Assembly (NCBI GenBank): GCA_965644295.1
Contig: CBFFRP010000420.1
Location: forward strand, 1-41,588
Length of the DNA stretch: 41,588 nt
Origin: Paraphysomonas bandaiensis
Lineage: Eukaryota; Protista; Chrysophyceae
Direction: 5' to 3'
The translations under genes and the position numbers were made by a program. A model generated the notes under the pieces. The model did not search any database. It was not told the DNA's origin and saw only the letters and a program-made list of their open reading frames with translations. Of the stretch, positions 9,330 to 23,400 are shown piece after piece (positions within the stretch are counted from its first letter, which is position 1; every line of letters begins with the position of its first letter).

Positions 9330-12062
9330 ATGTCCAAAGCACCAGATGGGATATTCCCTCTCTTTCTTCGAGGCGCCACATGCGAGAAATTTGGATTTAA
9401 AACAGGAGAGGGTGTTATGGATCTTGTGGACTATAAGCTCATACCTAAAGAGGATTTAGTGAAAGAAGTACAAGGACTCGGAGTGATGAGTGATTTTGAA
9501 CCAGCCAAGAAACAGTTAGAAGGGTTTGGAGGTGAAGAGGTGTTGATAGTGGTTGATAAGGATCAGAAATATGGAGAAGTGTTTCTGCTATGCTACACAG
9601 AGGAGTCTAAAGAGGAATTCATGGCTGAAGTGAGGGCGAAACAGGCAGCGATAGAGGCACAGAGAAAAGCTGAAGAGGAAGCAGAGGAAGCGAGAAAGGC
9701 TGAGGAATGGGCGAGGTTAAATGTTGTGTATGAAGACAAGCCGCTCTCTCCTCGTGTGTGGGAATCCTCTACGTCGAATGATACTGATAGTGAAGTTAAA
9801 GCGCTTACTCACCGCCCAATACGGGAGAGACTAGTTCTCGAAGTAACACGACCAAAGGCCTCTCTGAACCAGAAATACACATTTCTCGACAGGGACTCTG
9901 ATGTTGGAGGTATCCAAGAATTCAGGTCCCATAAGGATCCACATTTTGTAGGTATCAAACAGGGAGAGATGGGCATTCAAGCAGCGCCTCTATTTACGGA
10001 CCATCATGCGCAGACTACATGGTACCGTCCAGTGAACAAGGCCATCCAGTATACAGCTGCGGTGCAAGCAGATGAACCAACTGGCGTAGAGGAACGCGAA
10101 GAGTTATGTTCTGCACTGGAGCGCGCAACTATTAAAATAGAACGAGCGCTGCAGCAGAATGAAACTCTCGACATTTTCCACGAAACTTTCCAAATGGCTG
10201 GGGACGAGGAAATGCTGGACGGGGCACAGGCAGAAAATGAACTACGTGAGCTTAAAAACTTTGCTGACCCCACATATTCAAAGTTCAAAGTGCTTCCAGC
10301 TGTGGACTGGATGCCCCGTGCTCAGGGAATGGTTGCAGTCAGTGCTGTCAGAAACATGTCGTTCGATCAACGAGTACTCATTGCAGGGCAAACAAGTGTT
10401 GCATATCTACTCCTCTGGGACTTCCGCCAGCTTGTGCGCCCTCAGGTGCTCATGCAGTGTCCCCACGAAATCCTGGCATTTCGATTTAACGCCCAAAATT
10501 CTAACCTGATTGCGGGTGGTTGCATATCTGGTCAGGTGGTGCTGTGGGATATATCTGACTCACTTCAGTCGAACACCCGGAAGGGGCGAAGAGGTTCAAC
10601 TATGGGTGCGATGGAGGCACAGCTCGCTCCTGGACTGGATCTAGGGGATAGTGAAGCGGCTTCTTCTGATGATCCCGTTTGTCTCCCCAAATATGTGTCT
10701 AATGTGGACCACAGTCACAAGAAGTCAGTGTCCGATCTCTTCTGGCTGCCGCCTAGCACTCAAATCAACTACAGGGGGCAGCTAGTTGCTGAGGAATTCC
10801 TTGATGGGCAGTCGTATCAGTTCATAACTGTCGCAGGTGACGGACAACTGCTTGTTTGGGACACCAGATTTGAGCAGATCGCGAACGATGAGCTACGGCA
10901 CGTTGGAAGAGCGAAACATGTACCGTTCGAGAAGACTTCAAATAAAGAGGGTGGTGCTTTCAAATTGCTCTGGACGCCCATATATCGTGCACATTTGAAG
11001 CGCATGGAGGGAGTTGGTGAGCTCAGCATATGCCGCGCGGCCTATTCGACGCAATCTGCTACTAGATCACAGGTGCTTTTGAGCACCGAAGAGGGTGATA
11101 TTCTTGGTGCAGACCTCAGTTGCAGGAAAAATGAGGGTGGGAACAAGGACGACAATGACGACGAGGACGGATCGGATTCTAATGATTTCGTACGCTGGAT
11201 GGCCGTGGACCATTCTCGACCTTGTGTTAGTCTGCAAATATCTCCATTTTTCCCCAATATTGTTTTGTCTGTGGGTGATTGGAAGTTCCACATTTGGAAG
11301 GTAGGTCTTAAAAAGGTCAACAATTATTACTAACAATATATTTAGATTGGCGAAGACCGTCCTCTGTTCATATCGCCAATGTCATCGTCATACATGACGG
11401 CAGGTGCATGGTCCCCAACTAGGCCTGCTGTGCTTGTCGTTGCATGCGCTGACGGATCCCTGATGGCATGGGACTTTACGGACTCGAGCTACCGTCCCTC
11501 TATAGAAATGAAGGCGACGCATACCAGAATTACTTCAATGGAGTTCTTGTCATCTAACGTGGCCTCGAGACAACAGTTACTTGCCGTTGGAGATGAATCC
11601 GGAACTCTTCATATCTTTGATTTGCCCAGGAATATAACCCGTACTGTTCACCGCGAAGAAGCTATTATGAGCAATTTCCTTGACCGTGAACTTAAGGTAT
11701 GTTATTATCGCTGATTAGATGGAAGTTTAATTTGGCTTGCTTTATAGCGCTTGAACTATCTCAAAGAGTCAACAGTTGAGCAGAGTGGCGAAGTGAAGGA
11801 TGAGTGGGGCGGTCATAAAGATACGGAGTCGCTTCAGCGCACAGGTGGAGCTGATGCCAAGCATGATGGCGATTCGAAGGATGAAGCCAAGAAGCCCTCT
11901 GCAGAGGCCCTTGCGAAGGAGGAGGAAGAGTTTGCTAAACTGGAAGCCCAATTTATTGCTGAGTTAGGACTCACAAGTGAGGAGCTTCCAGATTATGCAA
12001 AGGATATTCCCCTGAATAATGCCACTACTGAAGACTCTCGTGGTGGGATTAAAGCCCGATAG
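9330..12062 (+). CDS. WDR63: Axonemal inner-arm dynein intermediate chain, WDR63/DNAI3 (IC140)-like WD40 protein (~878 aa); exons 9330-11300, 11346-11696, 11748-12062
   Basis: QTTWYRPVNKAIQY, ALQQNETLDIF, GGCISGQVVLWDI, SPFFPNIVLSVGDW and WSPTRPAVL...WDF motifs of dynein intermediate chains; two short GT-AG introns. Confidence 0.85.
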
Positions 12063-12643
12063 GAATACGATTGAATATGTGCATTTTTTGTGATGTGTTA
12101 ATTGCACTCTGCCTTAAATTGTTTTAATATTACATTAGGGCTGGGTGTAGGATATAGTAGCGGATTAGATATAACTTGGTACCTAAATAATGAGTGTAGT
12201 CCGAATCGGTGTGTCCTGTTTGATCGTGACTAGAATTACTCTATCTTGTGGTGTGGTATATGGTATAGGCATAGTTCCAATAAGACATACGAGTATAAAC
12301 TTTGAAATCAAATTCTTAGGCTATCAGTGTTTGATATTATGATGGCTGAAACTTAAGTAACCGAACGTTGAACTCACCCAATAAGTGCAGATTAAAACTT
12401 TTAGTAAGAGAATGTTGTGATTATTAATTATTAGAATGTAAAGTGATGAACACAGTAATGAAGAAAAGTGAATAATAATGCAGAACATATCTACCACACA
12501 CAATGGAGTAGTTAGAAGTATAATGGCGATCATTATAAAGACGATCAAGTTGAAGATGCTTCCTTTAATTCAGGTAACGATATATTTCATCGAACATTAT
12601 ATTTCACATATACTATCTTATTCTAGCCACTAATTGATGCAAG

Positions 12644-12684
12644 GTCTCAACGCCTATTGCTAAATAATCAGACATTCACTACTA
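12644..12684. repeat. Inverted terminal fragment of the dispersed repeat family
   Basis: AACGCCTATTGCTAAATAATCAGACATTCACTACTA is the reverse complement of the family end TAGTAGTGAATGTC.TATTATTAGCAATAGGCGTT. Confidence 0.75.
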
Positions 12685-12986
12685 TACTATCTTATATTAA
12701 GATGAATTCTAATACAAAAATAAATTAGAACAAATTGTAATCAATATCTCTTATAATTAGAACAATTTATAATATTCTCACTATTATAAATCCATCTTAT
12801 CAGGCAGATCTTAGATAGACACGACCTTATATCATATCATTAATTCACGTGCTAAAGTTGTTAACTACCGTGTTCTTAAACTAGCAGTCCTAATTTTTAC
12901 ACCTTAAAGTATGTTGAGTTTTTCTTATCAGAAATATTATTCAATCTAGTGAATTACCTAGTCACACCAATTTTGGTGTGAAAATC

Positions 12987-13368
12987 TAGTAGTGAATGTC
13001 CGATTATTAGCAATAGCTTTACTCTGATATCCTACTACGCCACGAAAGCTGCTTGTTGTGCGTCACCGCAAGCGCCAAGGTGCAACCACTTTCGCTCTCT
13101 GCCCTTAAGGTGAACTAGCCCGGATGCTTGACTTCAGCAGGCAGCCCAATACTCCCGTTACCTTCTAGGTGGGCCCATTCCAGAAGGCCTGTTTATTCGT
13201 CTACGCAAGTGATACTTATTGGTGTCCCTTGTACCACACCAGCATCGGGCTATAAGTGGGCAGAACAATATCTGCTGTCTACGTTTATACCTCACGTTCG
13301 TTTAGCAGGAGATATATCTCCGGTACTTATTCCCCAAAACACCACGAAAAGTCCGACTTTGTTGAGGG
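12987..13368. repeat. Dispersed non-coding repeat, copy 2
   Basis: Same conserved blocks as copy 1 plus CAAGTGATACTTATTGGTGTCCCTTGTACCACACCAGCATCGGGCTAT shared with copy 3. Confidence 0.9.
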
Positions 13369-14817
13369 TGTAAAAAACTAATCTATGTAAGAAACACTTC
13401 AAAATCTACATTTATTAAGAGATGACTGAGTTTTACACTATTTTAGGTATGAATAGCCCAAGTTGACTTGGCTAAATAACAGACCCCTTTCCATATTTCT
13501 AAGCAATTAAAAGCTGTATTTCTAAGATTTTGAATAATAGAACAGGCTGAGATACTTTGACAGTATCAGATCTAATTATATGGATTGGTAGTAGCAAGAA
13601 TTTTAATATAGTGAATGACAACAAATGAAGAAAGGTGTCGATTATAATTTCACTCATTGATAATTGATATTTAAGGTGGTCTCAACGTTCAGTTTTAACC
13701 GTCCTAAAATCTAAAATTAATATTGGAAGCAAATTCCGATACACAGTGGATACTGTATGGTTTTCAGCATGTTGCTAATATCTTTCGTCACACCTGCGTA
13801 GTAAGGTATAAGGTATGTGTAACACTAAACTTTCAAAAGATTATGCCGCATCAACGTCACTATATATCAGCTTCACCAAGAGAACATCAAGTGAAATGTC
13901 TTGAATATACCTCATTCATATAATTTGCGAAAAGCTATTTTCTTATAGCCACCGCAATTTTCAATTAACAAAATTATATATGACACAACGAAGAAATTCC
14001 ATACTGTTTCTCTTTGTCGAATGAATCAAACACACAAGATTACTATTAATTATCATCAGTTTCTGCACTCACAGCACTCTTTACAGCTGCTTCACAATAC
14101 TCCAAAGAGCGCTCGAGTCTATTCAACTTCTCATTCAAACTCGCCAGTCTATATCTCATCGTCATATCAAACCTGCCAACATACAGTGTTAGACATACAT
14201 ACATGCAAGCACACAACAGCACTGTGACTACAGTTAAATTACACTCAATTGAAAGAATATATCAGATAGCATGATAGTTTAATGCATGGACAGATGCAGC
14301 CATACGCACTGGTTGAGGAAGTTCACAGTGTGCTGGATATTTAGCTGAATAACCTCCACTAGCTCTCTGTTCTGCCAGTCCTTTTGAATCGCTGCGGAGT
14401 TTGCAGACATAATGGAGGGGAAGAATGGTTGTCGGGCGGGTATCGAGATCAGGGTATGATATTTGGGTATGGAGCAGTGACATACATCTCAGTACATACA
14501 TATACACAGACATGATCCACACCGCTGTAGATGTATGTATGCAGAGAGGTACTGTATACGGAGGTACACTATGTATCATTGTCCGGGAATACAGCGCTGT
14601 AGTCTCTATCAACCCACAGAGTGCAGTGCAGTGTAGATGTACAGGTCTGTATGTACAGTGTGTTCTATTGTATGGATGGACCTCTACGCTCATATATATA
14701 TATATATGCATGTACATGAGTGACATACACTGCTAAGAACCAACACAACTAACCACACCTCCACCAACAGTCCCCTCCACCCCTCCTGAACATTCACCTT
14801 CTCCCTTACCCTTTCCA

Positions 14818-16973
14818 ATGTTCTCAGTAGAGCGGTTTCAAGCCCCTATCAGCGATAGCAAGTCCTCATCTATAGAGGACATATTAGCCGACTCTACTCT
14901 AAGAGCTAAGCGCAAATATGAGGAGGAAATGATGCATACTATTGTTCAGGGGCCACGTGGAGAGACAGTCGAAGAGAGACAGGCCAGAAAACGGCAAGCA
15001 AAGGAGGAGAAGAAGGCGAGGAAGGAGTTGATGCGTGCGCAGGCTCTCAGTCAGACGTCATCAGCAGCAGATAGTGATCAGGGTACTGTGAAGGTGGATG
15101 GCATGAAGGCGGATACTAATAATGCGGCTGATACTGTTGAAAAACAGCCGGCTGAAACATGTGAAGGTGTAACTGGCGCTGAGGACGATCACAAAGAAGG
15201 CTTGAATGAGGATGATAGTATGATAGGTGGTGATAGAGATGGTGATGAAGCAAACCTTGATGACCTATCCAAAGATGAAATATCTGAAGCGCAACCTGAT
15301 ACTTCTGATGAATCGGTGTACGTAGCACCTTCTCCACCTATGGGGGTCATTGAGGCTGTGGATGCATGGGGACTAGACAGTGACTTGGCCAGCGCGGTAA
15401 TAGAGGATGGCATTGACGAGTTTTTTCCCGTACAGACCGCAGTTATTCCCCTACTCCTCGCCCATAGTGCTACTCACCCTTTTGCTCGGCCGCGAGATAT
15501 GTGCGTCTCTGCTCCAACTGGAAGTGGTAAGACTCTCGCCTATGCCCTTCCGGTGGTACAAAGTCTGAGCAGAGGAGGTCGTGCCTCCCGATGGTCTCAC
15601 CGCAGATTGCGGGCCCTCATCATCCTTCCTAGCAGAGAGCTTGTCACACAGGTTCGAAATCATTCTATTCTTTTATGTCGACTAACTGCTGGAATAGGTA
15701 CTGCGCGTTTTTTGTCGTCTATGCCGCAAGAAGGATTGGATCAGGGTTGGTTCCGCATCAGGGCAAGTCGACTTGAAGACCGAACAGAGTATGCTGGTAT
15801 CAGATTGCGGAGAAAGTCTACTGGATGCGCTTGTGTGTACTCCCGGTAGACTATTGGATCACCTTCAGTACACTTCTGGATTTACTCTGCAGCACCTTCG
15901 ATTTTTGGTTATGGTGAGTGCTATTCGATTTTTTATGCGTTTGTCTGATGCTCTACCAGGACGAAGCAGACAGACTGCTTGGCAATGCCTATGATCACTG
16001 GGTACGTGCCTTGGTGAGCTCCGTCTCTGCGGAGAAGGATCATTCCAACTTTTTACGCCTCCGAGGCGAAGAAAAAGGTCGGGCTCATCTTCCTGTACAC
16101 ATTCAAAGATTGCTTTTCTCTGCAACTCTTACAGACAATCCACGCAAGCTCTCACTCTCTGGTATTCACAACCCGCTCGTTATCCGATCAACCCCAGCTT
16201 TGCAATCCCCAACAATTGATAAGACCTCGGGTTACATTCTCCCTCGAAAACTCAGCGAGTTCTTATGTGTGTGCGACACCTCCAAACGGCCATTACTGCT
16301 GCTAGCAATGCTCATGCAAGCGTTTGGTCTTTCTGGAGCCCCCACCTCGGGCGACATATCTGGGATTGCTAACTGCTGTAGCTCGCCCTCAGATGTTGTA
16401 CTTATATTCTCATCTTCAGTGGAATCTACCCATAGATTGTGTCGGTTACTACAGGTATTCAACAATCAGCTAATAGTAGGCGACAGAAGAGATGGAAAAG
16501 TGGATCCAGGTGCTTTAGTGTTTGGTGGGGAAGTTCGCGAAATGAGTAGCGCGGTACGGTCGTCGGACAGAGCTTCAGCTATGGAGTATGCACGGGCAGG
16601 GTACACATGCAGCCATCCTGTGAAGGTGATAGTTGCCTCCGATCAGTTGGCCCGAGGCATTGATTTAAGCAGTATTCGACTAGTCATCAACTACGACCCA
16701 CCGGCTCATCCCAGGACATACGTTCATCGTGTGGGAAGAACTGCACGCGCTAATAGGGATGGGTACAGTGTCACTATGCTGAAGATTGGTAGGATAGGAG
16801 AGTTTAAGAAGATTAGATCAAGTATAGACGACGGATTCGATAGGATGAAAAAAGCAAAAGTGAGTCCAGAAGCTGTTGAATTTGTAACGGATATGTACCA
16901 GTCCTCTCTTAAAGGATTGAGAGATGTAATTGATCTAGAGTCCAAAGGCGCGCTCAATGCTGGTGAATATTAG
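14818..16973 (+). CDS. DDX51: DEAD-box RNA helicase, DDX51/Dbp6 family (~687 aa); exons 14818-15651, 15698-15913, 15960-16973
   Basis: FFPVQTAVIP, RDMCVSAPTGSGKTLAYALP, PSRELV, TPGRLLDHL, DEADRLL, FSATLT, ARGID, HRVGRTAR; SSVESTHRL is typical of Dbp6. Confidence 0.9.
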
Positions 16974-17294
16974 TAATGTTATATGAAATACGTGTAGTAG
17001 AATGTAGAATGAAATAATAATAGATTGTTATTATAATTTCTGAGTCTGTGATTGTAGGATTACGGATTACTACTTAGTGACATATATCGGAAATAGGAAA
17101 TATATATTCAACGTAATCATTGTCACAAAAACATTGGTCTTTGAAGATATTTTTCATTCGATTCTATATTATTTATTATAAGTATGATGAAGGCATGTAG
17201 ACAAACTATAGTTAATATTTGAATATCTAGTATGTTCACTCTGCGCCTAGTATTCAATGAAAAGAATATTGAAAGCCTATATTCTATATTGAGA

Positions 17295-17807
17295 GTCTTA
17301 TTATTAGCAATAGGCGTTAAGAAACAGCACCAGTTTAGTAGCTAGATAAAAACTAGTCAAGCTAGATAGACGTGTACCTGTAACAAACTAGCACAAATTC
17401 TATTATTCTAATATTGAACGTTACGGAAGCTGCTTGTGCGTCTCCGCAAGAACCAAGGTGCAACCATCTCCGCATTACCACTCAAACGCCGTGAGAAAGC
17501 GGAATGTTGATATACCTGACATCTGCTGACTCTATGTGAACTAGTCCGGATGCTTTACTTCAGTAGGTAGCCCTAATTCCCCCGTTACCCTCTAGGTGGG
17601 TCCATTCCCGGATGCCTGTTTATTCGTCAAGGCCCAAAGACGTCTACAGTCTACAGTCTACAGTCTACACAAGTGATACTTATTGGTGTCCCTTGTACCA
17701 CACCAGCATCGGGCTATGAGTGGGCAGAACATTATCTCCTGTCTATGTTTATACCTCACGTTAGTTTCTCGAAATATCTCGGGCACTGAGTCCGACTTTG
17801 TGGAGGG
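17295..17807. repeat. Dispersed non-coding repeat, copy 3 (contains a short GTCTACA tandem expansion)
   Basis: Full set of family blocks from GTCTTATTATTAGCAATAGG to GAGTCCGACTTTG. Confidence 0.9.
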
Positions 17808-18531
17808 AATGAAAAGAAGCTCAATATTGACAATATGTTTCAGGTTTCAGTAAGGTATTGTAAGGCTTAGAATATGAAATATTAACACCAAGAAGCAGTA
17901 AACCGAAATTAAACACAGCACACCCTCCATTAATTGAAATTGTGATAAGCATTTTTGTATTTTAAATCATTCATTGTCAATCACTATATGTACTGATGTC
18001 AATTCTACCAGTCAACACATATCGCATTTACTAACGTAATTCTTGTAATTTTATTACTAAATACTAAACAGTGTCTTACAAAACTTGAGCCTAAGTTGTC
18101 ATTCTTCAAATGTGGAGCCCCACCTAGTAGTATCTTGTTTGAATATTTAATATTTCGTCACTATAGCTTTCTAACCTGCAGCCCGGCGGAATAGTACTTA
18201 GTAACACTTACTTCTATTCACGCTTACTTAGTAGCATTTATATATAGTATATAATAACCGTGTACTCTGTGCTTCTTATAAATATATGCGTAACCAACAA
18301 TATAATAATTGCTCAACGTCCGAGCAAACACATAACAACGATAGAACATACCCGTTTTGTAGGTAAAGTGCACTATAGTTTCAATCATGTTTACCTAAGT
18401 ATAATCTAATACAGGTATCACAACTACAAAGCAAAGACTGCAACTTGGTTATGAGACGACAGCAGCTTAATTAGATAAGAGAATGGTAATGTTCCTAAAA
18501 TCTACTATTGAATTCAGAACATGGATCCGAT

Positions 18532-19857
18532 CTACTTCTTCTTGGCACCCTTGCCGGCAGCGTACTCCTTCTTCACAACAGTCTTGATGACACCGACAGC
18601 AACAGTCTGTCTCATGTCACGAACAGCGAAACGTCCGAGGGGTGGGTAGTTAGCGAACTCCTCAACAACCATAGGCTTGGTGGGCTCCATGGTAACCATG
18701 CAGGCGTCACCGTTCTTGACGAACTTGGGGTTGGCCTCGAGGGTCTTACCAGTACGGCGGTCCATCTTCTCGTCGATGTTCTTGAACTTGGTGGCAATGT
18801 GGGCAGTGTGGCAATCGAGGACGGGGCAGTAGCCGTTCTGGATCTGACCGGGGTGAGACATGATGATGACCTGAGCCTGGAAAGACTCGCATCCCTTGGC
18901 GGGATCGTCAGCATTGTTGGAAGCAACGTAGCCTCTCTTGATCTCCTTAACGGAAACGTTCTTACAGTTGAATCCAACGTTGTCACCAGGGACGGCCTCC
19001 TTGAGGGACTCGTGGTGCATCTCGACGGACTTAACCTCAGTGGTGAGGCCGGAAGGAGCAAAGCAGCAGGTCATGCCAGGCTTGATGATACCAGTCTCAA
19101 CACGTCCGACAGGTACAGTTCCGATACCACCGATCTTGTACACGTCCTGAAGAGGAAGACGGAGGGGCTTGTCAGTAGGGCGCTTGGGGGCGTTGACGTT
19201 GTCGAGGGCGTCAAGGAGGGTGGGTCCCTTGTACCAGGGCATGTTGTCGGACTTCTCGATCATGTTGTCACCAACCCAACCAGAGATGGGGACAAAGGCA
19301 ATCTTGGCGGGCTTGTATCCGACCTTCTTAAGGTACTGAGACACCTCCTCCTTGATGTCGTTGTAACGAGACTCGGAGTACTGGCAGGAGTCCATCTTGT
19401 TGAGGGCAACAACCATCTGCTTGACACCAAGGGTGAAGGCAAGAAGGGCGTGCTCTCTGGTCTGACCCTCAGCAGCCCATCCACCCTCGAATCCACCAGG
19501 GGCGGAGTCGATGACAAGGACGGCAACATCGGCCTGGGAGGTACCGGTAATCATGTTCTTGATGAAATCACGATGGCCGGGGGCATCAATGACGGTGAAG
19601 GAGTACTTGGGGGACTCGAACTTCCAGAGAGCAATATCGATAGTGATACCACGCTCACGCTCGGCCTTGAGGTTATCAAGGACCCAGGCGTACTTGAAAG
19701 ACTGCTTGCCGAGCTCGGCAGCCTCCTTCTCGAACTTCTCAATAGTTCTCTTGTCGATTCCACCGCACTTGTAGATCAAGTGACCAGTGGTGGTAGACTT
19801 ACCGGCATCGACGTGACCGATAACAACAATACTAACGTGAATCTTTTCCTTTGGCAT
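18532..19857 (-). CDS. EEF1A: Translation elongation factor 1-alpha, intronless, 441 aa
   Basis: [75 protein letters not shown]. Confidence 0.99.
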   Translation of the reverse strand: MPKEKIHVSIVVIGHVDAGKSTTTGHLIYKCGGIDKRTIEKFEKEAAELGKQSFKYAWVLDNLKAERERGITIDIALWKFESPKYSFTVIDAPGHRDFIKNMITGTSQADVAVLVIDSAPGGFEGGWAAEGQTREHALLAFTLGVKQMVVALNKMDSCQYSESRYNDIKEEVSQYLKKVGYKPAKIAFVPISGWVGDNMIEKSDNMPWYKGPTLLDALDNVNAPKRPTDKPLRLPLQDVYKIGGIGTVPVGRVETGIIKPGMTCCFAPSGLTTEVKSVEMHHESLKEAVPGDNVGFNCKNVSVKEIKRGYVASNNADDPAKGCESFQAQVIIMSHPGQIQNGYCPVLDCHTAHIATKFKNIDEKMDRRTGKTLEANPKFVKNGDACMVTMEPTKPMVVEEFANYPPLGRFAVRDMRQTVAVGVIKTVVKKEYAAGKGAKKK

Positions 19858-20451
19858 GTTGACTTAAGTATCTCTTATCTGCTGTCAAATTATGAACTCA
19901 GAGGAGCGTTGCAATAATTCCAACAAAAATCAGTATGTCCGCACCACCACTAGAATTCTTCATATCTTAGAGAGATGTGTGGCTCTTATTCATACTTCTG
20001 TATCTTGAATAGACATTTCGAACATTCTATTTTCAGTGAATGGTTCCGAAGGGATTTTAATTGGATGGTTTGTATACGAGGTACGATGTTGTACTCCTCC
20101 TGTATACCATGAATGCATGTTGTCGATAATACAACTGTAGTTCAGAATACACTCTTTGAGGTCTCTGGAAATACAATTGTATTTAGTCTGTATAATCCGA
20201 GTACAGAGTCTGTATAACGCGCGTGTATTCACGAGGTCTTTTAAATGAGAGCGGAGCATTCCATAACTAAGCAGAACTCCTCTATATGCATAGATATAAA
20301 GTCACTGGGGTTTCTTCAACCATCAGTATTGACTCTGATATGCATGTAGAGTTCCATGGAATGGGATGCTTTTGTTTCGAGTGAATTTCATCAGTAAACT
20401 GGACAGAAAGAAGTGAAATTATTTTTATTTTGCTTTTGACTGTTTCCAAAT

Positions 20452-23400
20452 ATGGAAACTGAACTAGAGGCTGTCGATGAAGAGGAAAACCCAGAGAGGA
20501 GCTTCCTCGAAAAAAAGCAGGACATGGAATATGAAAAATATAACACTATTAATTATGCTCGTGCCAAAGAGGGCGTGGCTCAAATAAAGAGCGGTGTTAT
20601 GCATGAGATCGGAGGGCTTGTTTCATCCCTAGTGGAAGGATTAACACCTGAGTTTGTTACTCGGATGAAGTATAAAAAGAAATACCCCGCCAAAATTGCA
20701 GCTGCTGAAGAGTGAGCGTGTTATTATTATCTCTGTGAATGTGTGATTTTCTATTTTGCAGGGTTCCTGAGGGATTAGCAAGTCGTGTAGAGACCACTAT
20801 TGAGGAAGAGAAGAAACTCCACGATCTACGAGTTAAGGAACAAGCTAATAGGAAGAAGAAGATTAAGAAGGGTCGGGCACATGATAATGTGCAGCAGAGG
20901 CATCATCGAGAAGCCCGAAAGGTCGAGGTTAAGATGGATTTCCATGCAGCTCGTGCGCGGCTTAGGGCACAAGCGAAAGAGAAGGCGGTATGTAGAAAAT
21001 TTCTTGACAAAATTGGGACTGTGTTTAACCCAGTTTATGTTGTGTTTACAGGAGGCAGAGGCGGCTGCCAAACGTGAACAAGAGGAGCGCATGGACAGGG
21101 ACAAGAAACGCCTGCGCCAATGGCGTCAAGACCACTGGACCAAGGAGCGGGGAGAACGCTACGAAGAAGCCAAAGAGGCTAAAGCAAAACAAATCAAAGC
21201 AGTGGAAACGGCATTTAACCAGAGCATTACCAGTACTTATGATGAATGGGCAGACCGCGACGTTTCCAGGACTCGCATGCAGGTAGAAGCCCCCATCCTG
21301 TCAGGTAGCACAGACTTTCCCTCTGGCAAAAACCTCGGGATATTCGGGATTCCGAAGCATCCAGGTGCTTTCCACGCTATTGATGGTGGAAAGAATCCAG
21401 CGCTAGATCAGGCGGATATACACGTGTTTAGCTCGAGCCCACAGACTGAGTACGAAGAGGGTGCCATTGAGACCCTAGAAGTACAAGCGGAGGTGGCAAG
21501 GAACCAAACTCTTTATGACGCCCTATTGGAGGATGGGAAGGAGTTGGATAGGGCAATGGAACGGGTATGCAACTTGCGAGACACTCTTGAGAGGGAACTG
21601 AGGCAGATTGAGAACGAGCAGGCTATTACTGACAGGGAGCTCATCGGGCCTCCCAGACGTTTCCCAACACCGAACGAAGCTGTTGCTATCAATATACGCA
21701 AAACCAGGATAGTAGACATCCGTAACGAAATAGAAAAACTGCAGCACACGATAGATGTGTCTGACAAGAAGAAAAGGCGAATTGACGCTCAAATGCTAGC
21801 CATTGCGAAGAAACTGGCGACTTCTCGAGAGTTACTCAAACGCAAGGAAGCGGCTCTGTCAGACGTGAACGGTGGTATGGGGATGCTCCCTGTAGTGGTC
21901 GGTAGAAACATATCTAAAGTTCAAGGCATGGACGCCACTGCAAACCCTCGTGATACCCTGAATGCGATTTCCCATCAATCTAGACTAGTGGACTACCAGG
22001 ACCAAAGCAACACCGCTCTAAAGGTACACCGCGAAGGGGTTATTATAGACAGGAACCTTTGGCTTAAAAAGCAGGGTTCATCTGAGGTCCGAGTGGATGT
22101 GGAACGCACTCTGAATAAACTAGCTCATTTATCAGAGCGGTTAAGAGTGGCTCACGTTGAAAACTGTAAATTGAGTATGATTGACGCTTTACGGGCATTC
22201 CACCACAATCGTATGCGTCTTAACCAGACCACTAAGAAATTAGTCGGTCCTCTTTGCTGGTGGCGCAACAGGAAGCCTGCCTTGTGTAACGCTGTACATG
22301 CTTATGACTCCCAGGCCAGCACTCTGGGCGGAATTACATTCGATGATCCCATTCCTGAAGAGGAAGAGAAAGAATGGATGGGCTCTGATGGAAGTCAGAC
22401 TGAAAGTGAGAGTGAAGGCGAAGAGCAGCCTCTGGAGACAGATAAGACTTATGGGGTCAGCCTTAAGGGTGGGAAAAACAAAGGTTTCTGTGTAGGAACT
22501 ATAGACTTGCCTCGTCCGGGTATGTGGAATATATGCTTCATTGTCTGCCGACGAGGAACGGAGCCTAAGTACGCGCATACAGACCCCAAGGATCATGTTG
22601 TCGTGCGAATGGGACACAATCACCAAAACCTAAAGGAGGTCGGCACTTTCTACAATGTCATCAACCCGGAGACCGGAGCTGTGCTATATGATGTAAAATA
22701 CTTGGTGCGAGGAAATACAGTGTCCTACCGGTTTGAGTTCTCCTCATCTTCCATGGATGCCAATCATCATATGATAGTTAGCTCGGCAATGTACGAGGAG
22801 TTTGAGTTACTCCCTCTGGAAACTGTTAGCACGGAGTCGGGAAGAGAACGAGTCCTCTCCTCATATGTCAAGATGTTAAAATTGGAAGAGTCACAGGGTA
22901 AAATGAGGCTCACTAAGCTTATAGAAGAATTATTATTGTGCGAAGAAGCCGAGTGTCCTGCTTGGGATTCTGAGGTTATCCAGAACTACCCTCAGCGGTA
23001 CACTAGAGAATATTTTTTGCGCATCCTTCGCGCGGAGATATTAGTGGAGCGTGAAAAGGAGAAGCGGACTGCTGAATCTGCTATTGATCGGTACAAAGAT
23101 CCATTTGGTGGGGCAGCATCAAATAAGGTTGGTATGACACAGGACTTGTATGAAAAGCTGGAGCGCTCAGAGGAGAGATTCGTGAAACGCAAACAGGAGA
23201 CACAGTATCCACTCATACGCGCAGCCAGAGAACTTGTTGGTAAACGTATGGATATATATGACAAGATACAAAATATCTGGAGAACTGTGGTTGTGCACAA
23301 CTGTGTGGTAAAATGGGTGGAAGGAGGGCACGTAGTGCGCATACGTCATCGAGTTCAAGAGGTCAATAAATATGACGAGAAAATAGGACAGATATTTGAG

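Noticed and set aside
13042-13095. Group II intron domain V (GNRA loop with AC bulge) in the repeat
   Set aside because: No AGC/CGC triad with a full lower stem, no GUGYG start or domain VI; a three-way junction pairs better.
12100-14750. Short ORFs in AT-rich and low-complexity intergenic DNA
   Set aside because: No motifs, biased composition and no consistent splice structure.
18508-19917. 469-aa ORF antisense to EF-1alpha, plus overlapping shifted-frame ORFs
   Set aside because: Expected shadow of strong codon bias in a highly expressed gene (avoiding TTA/CTA/TCA removes antisense stops); it spans almost exactly the EF-1alpha CDS.
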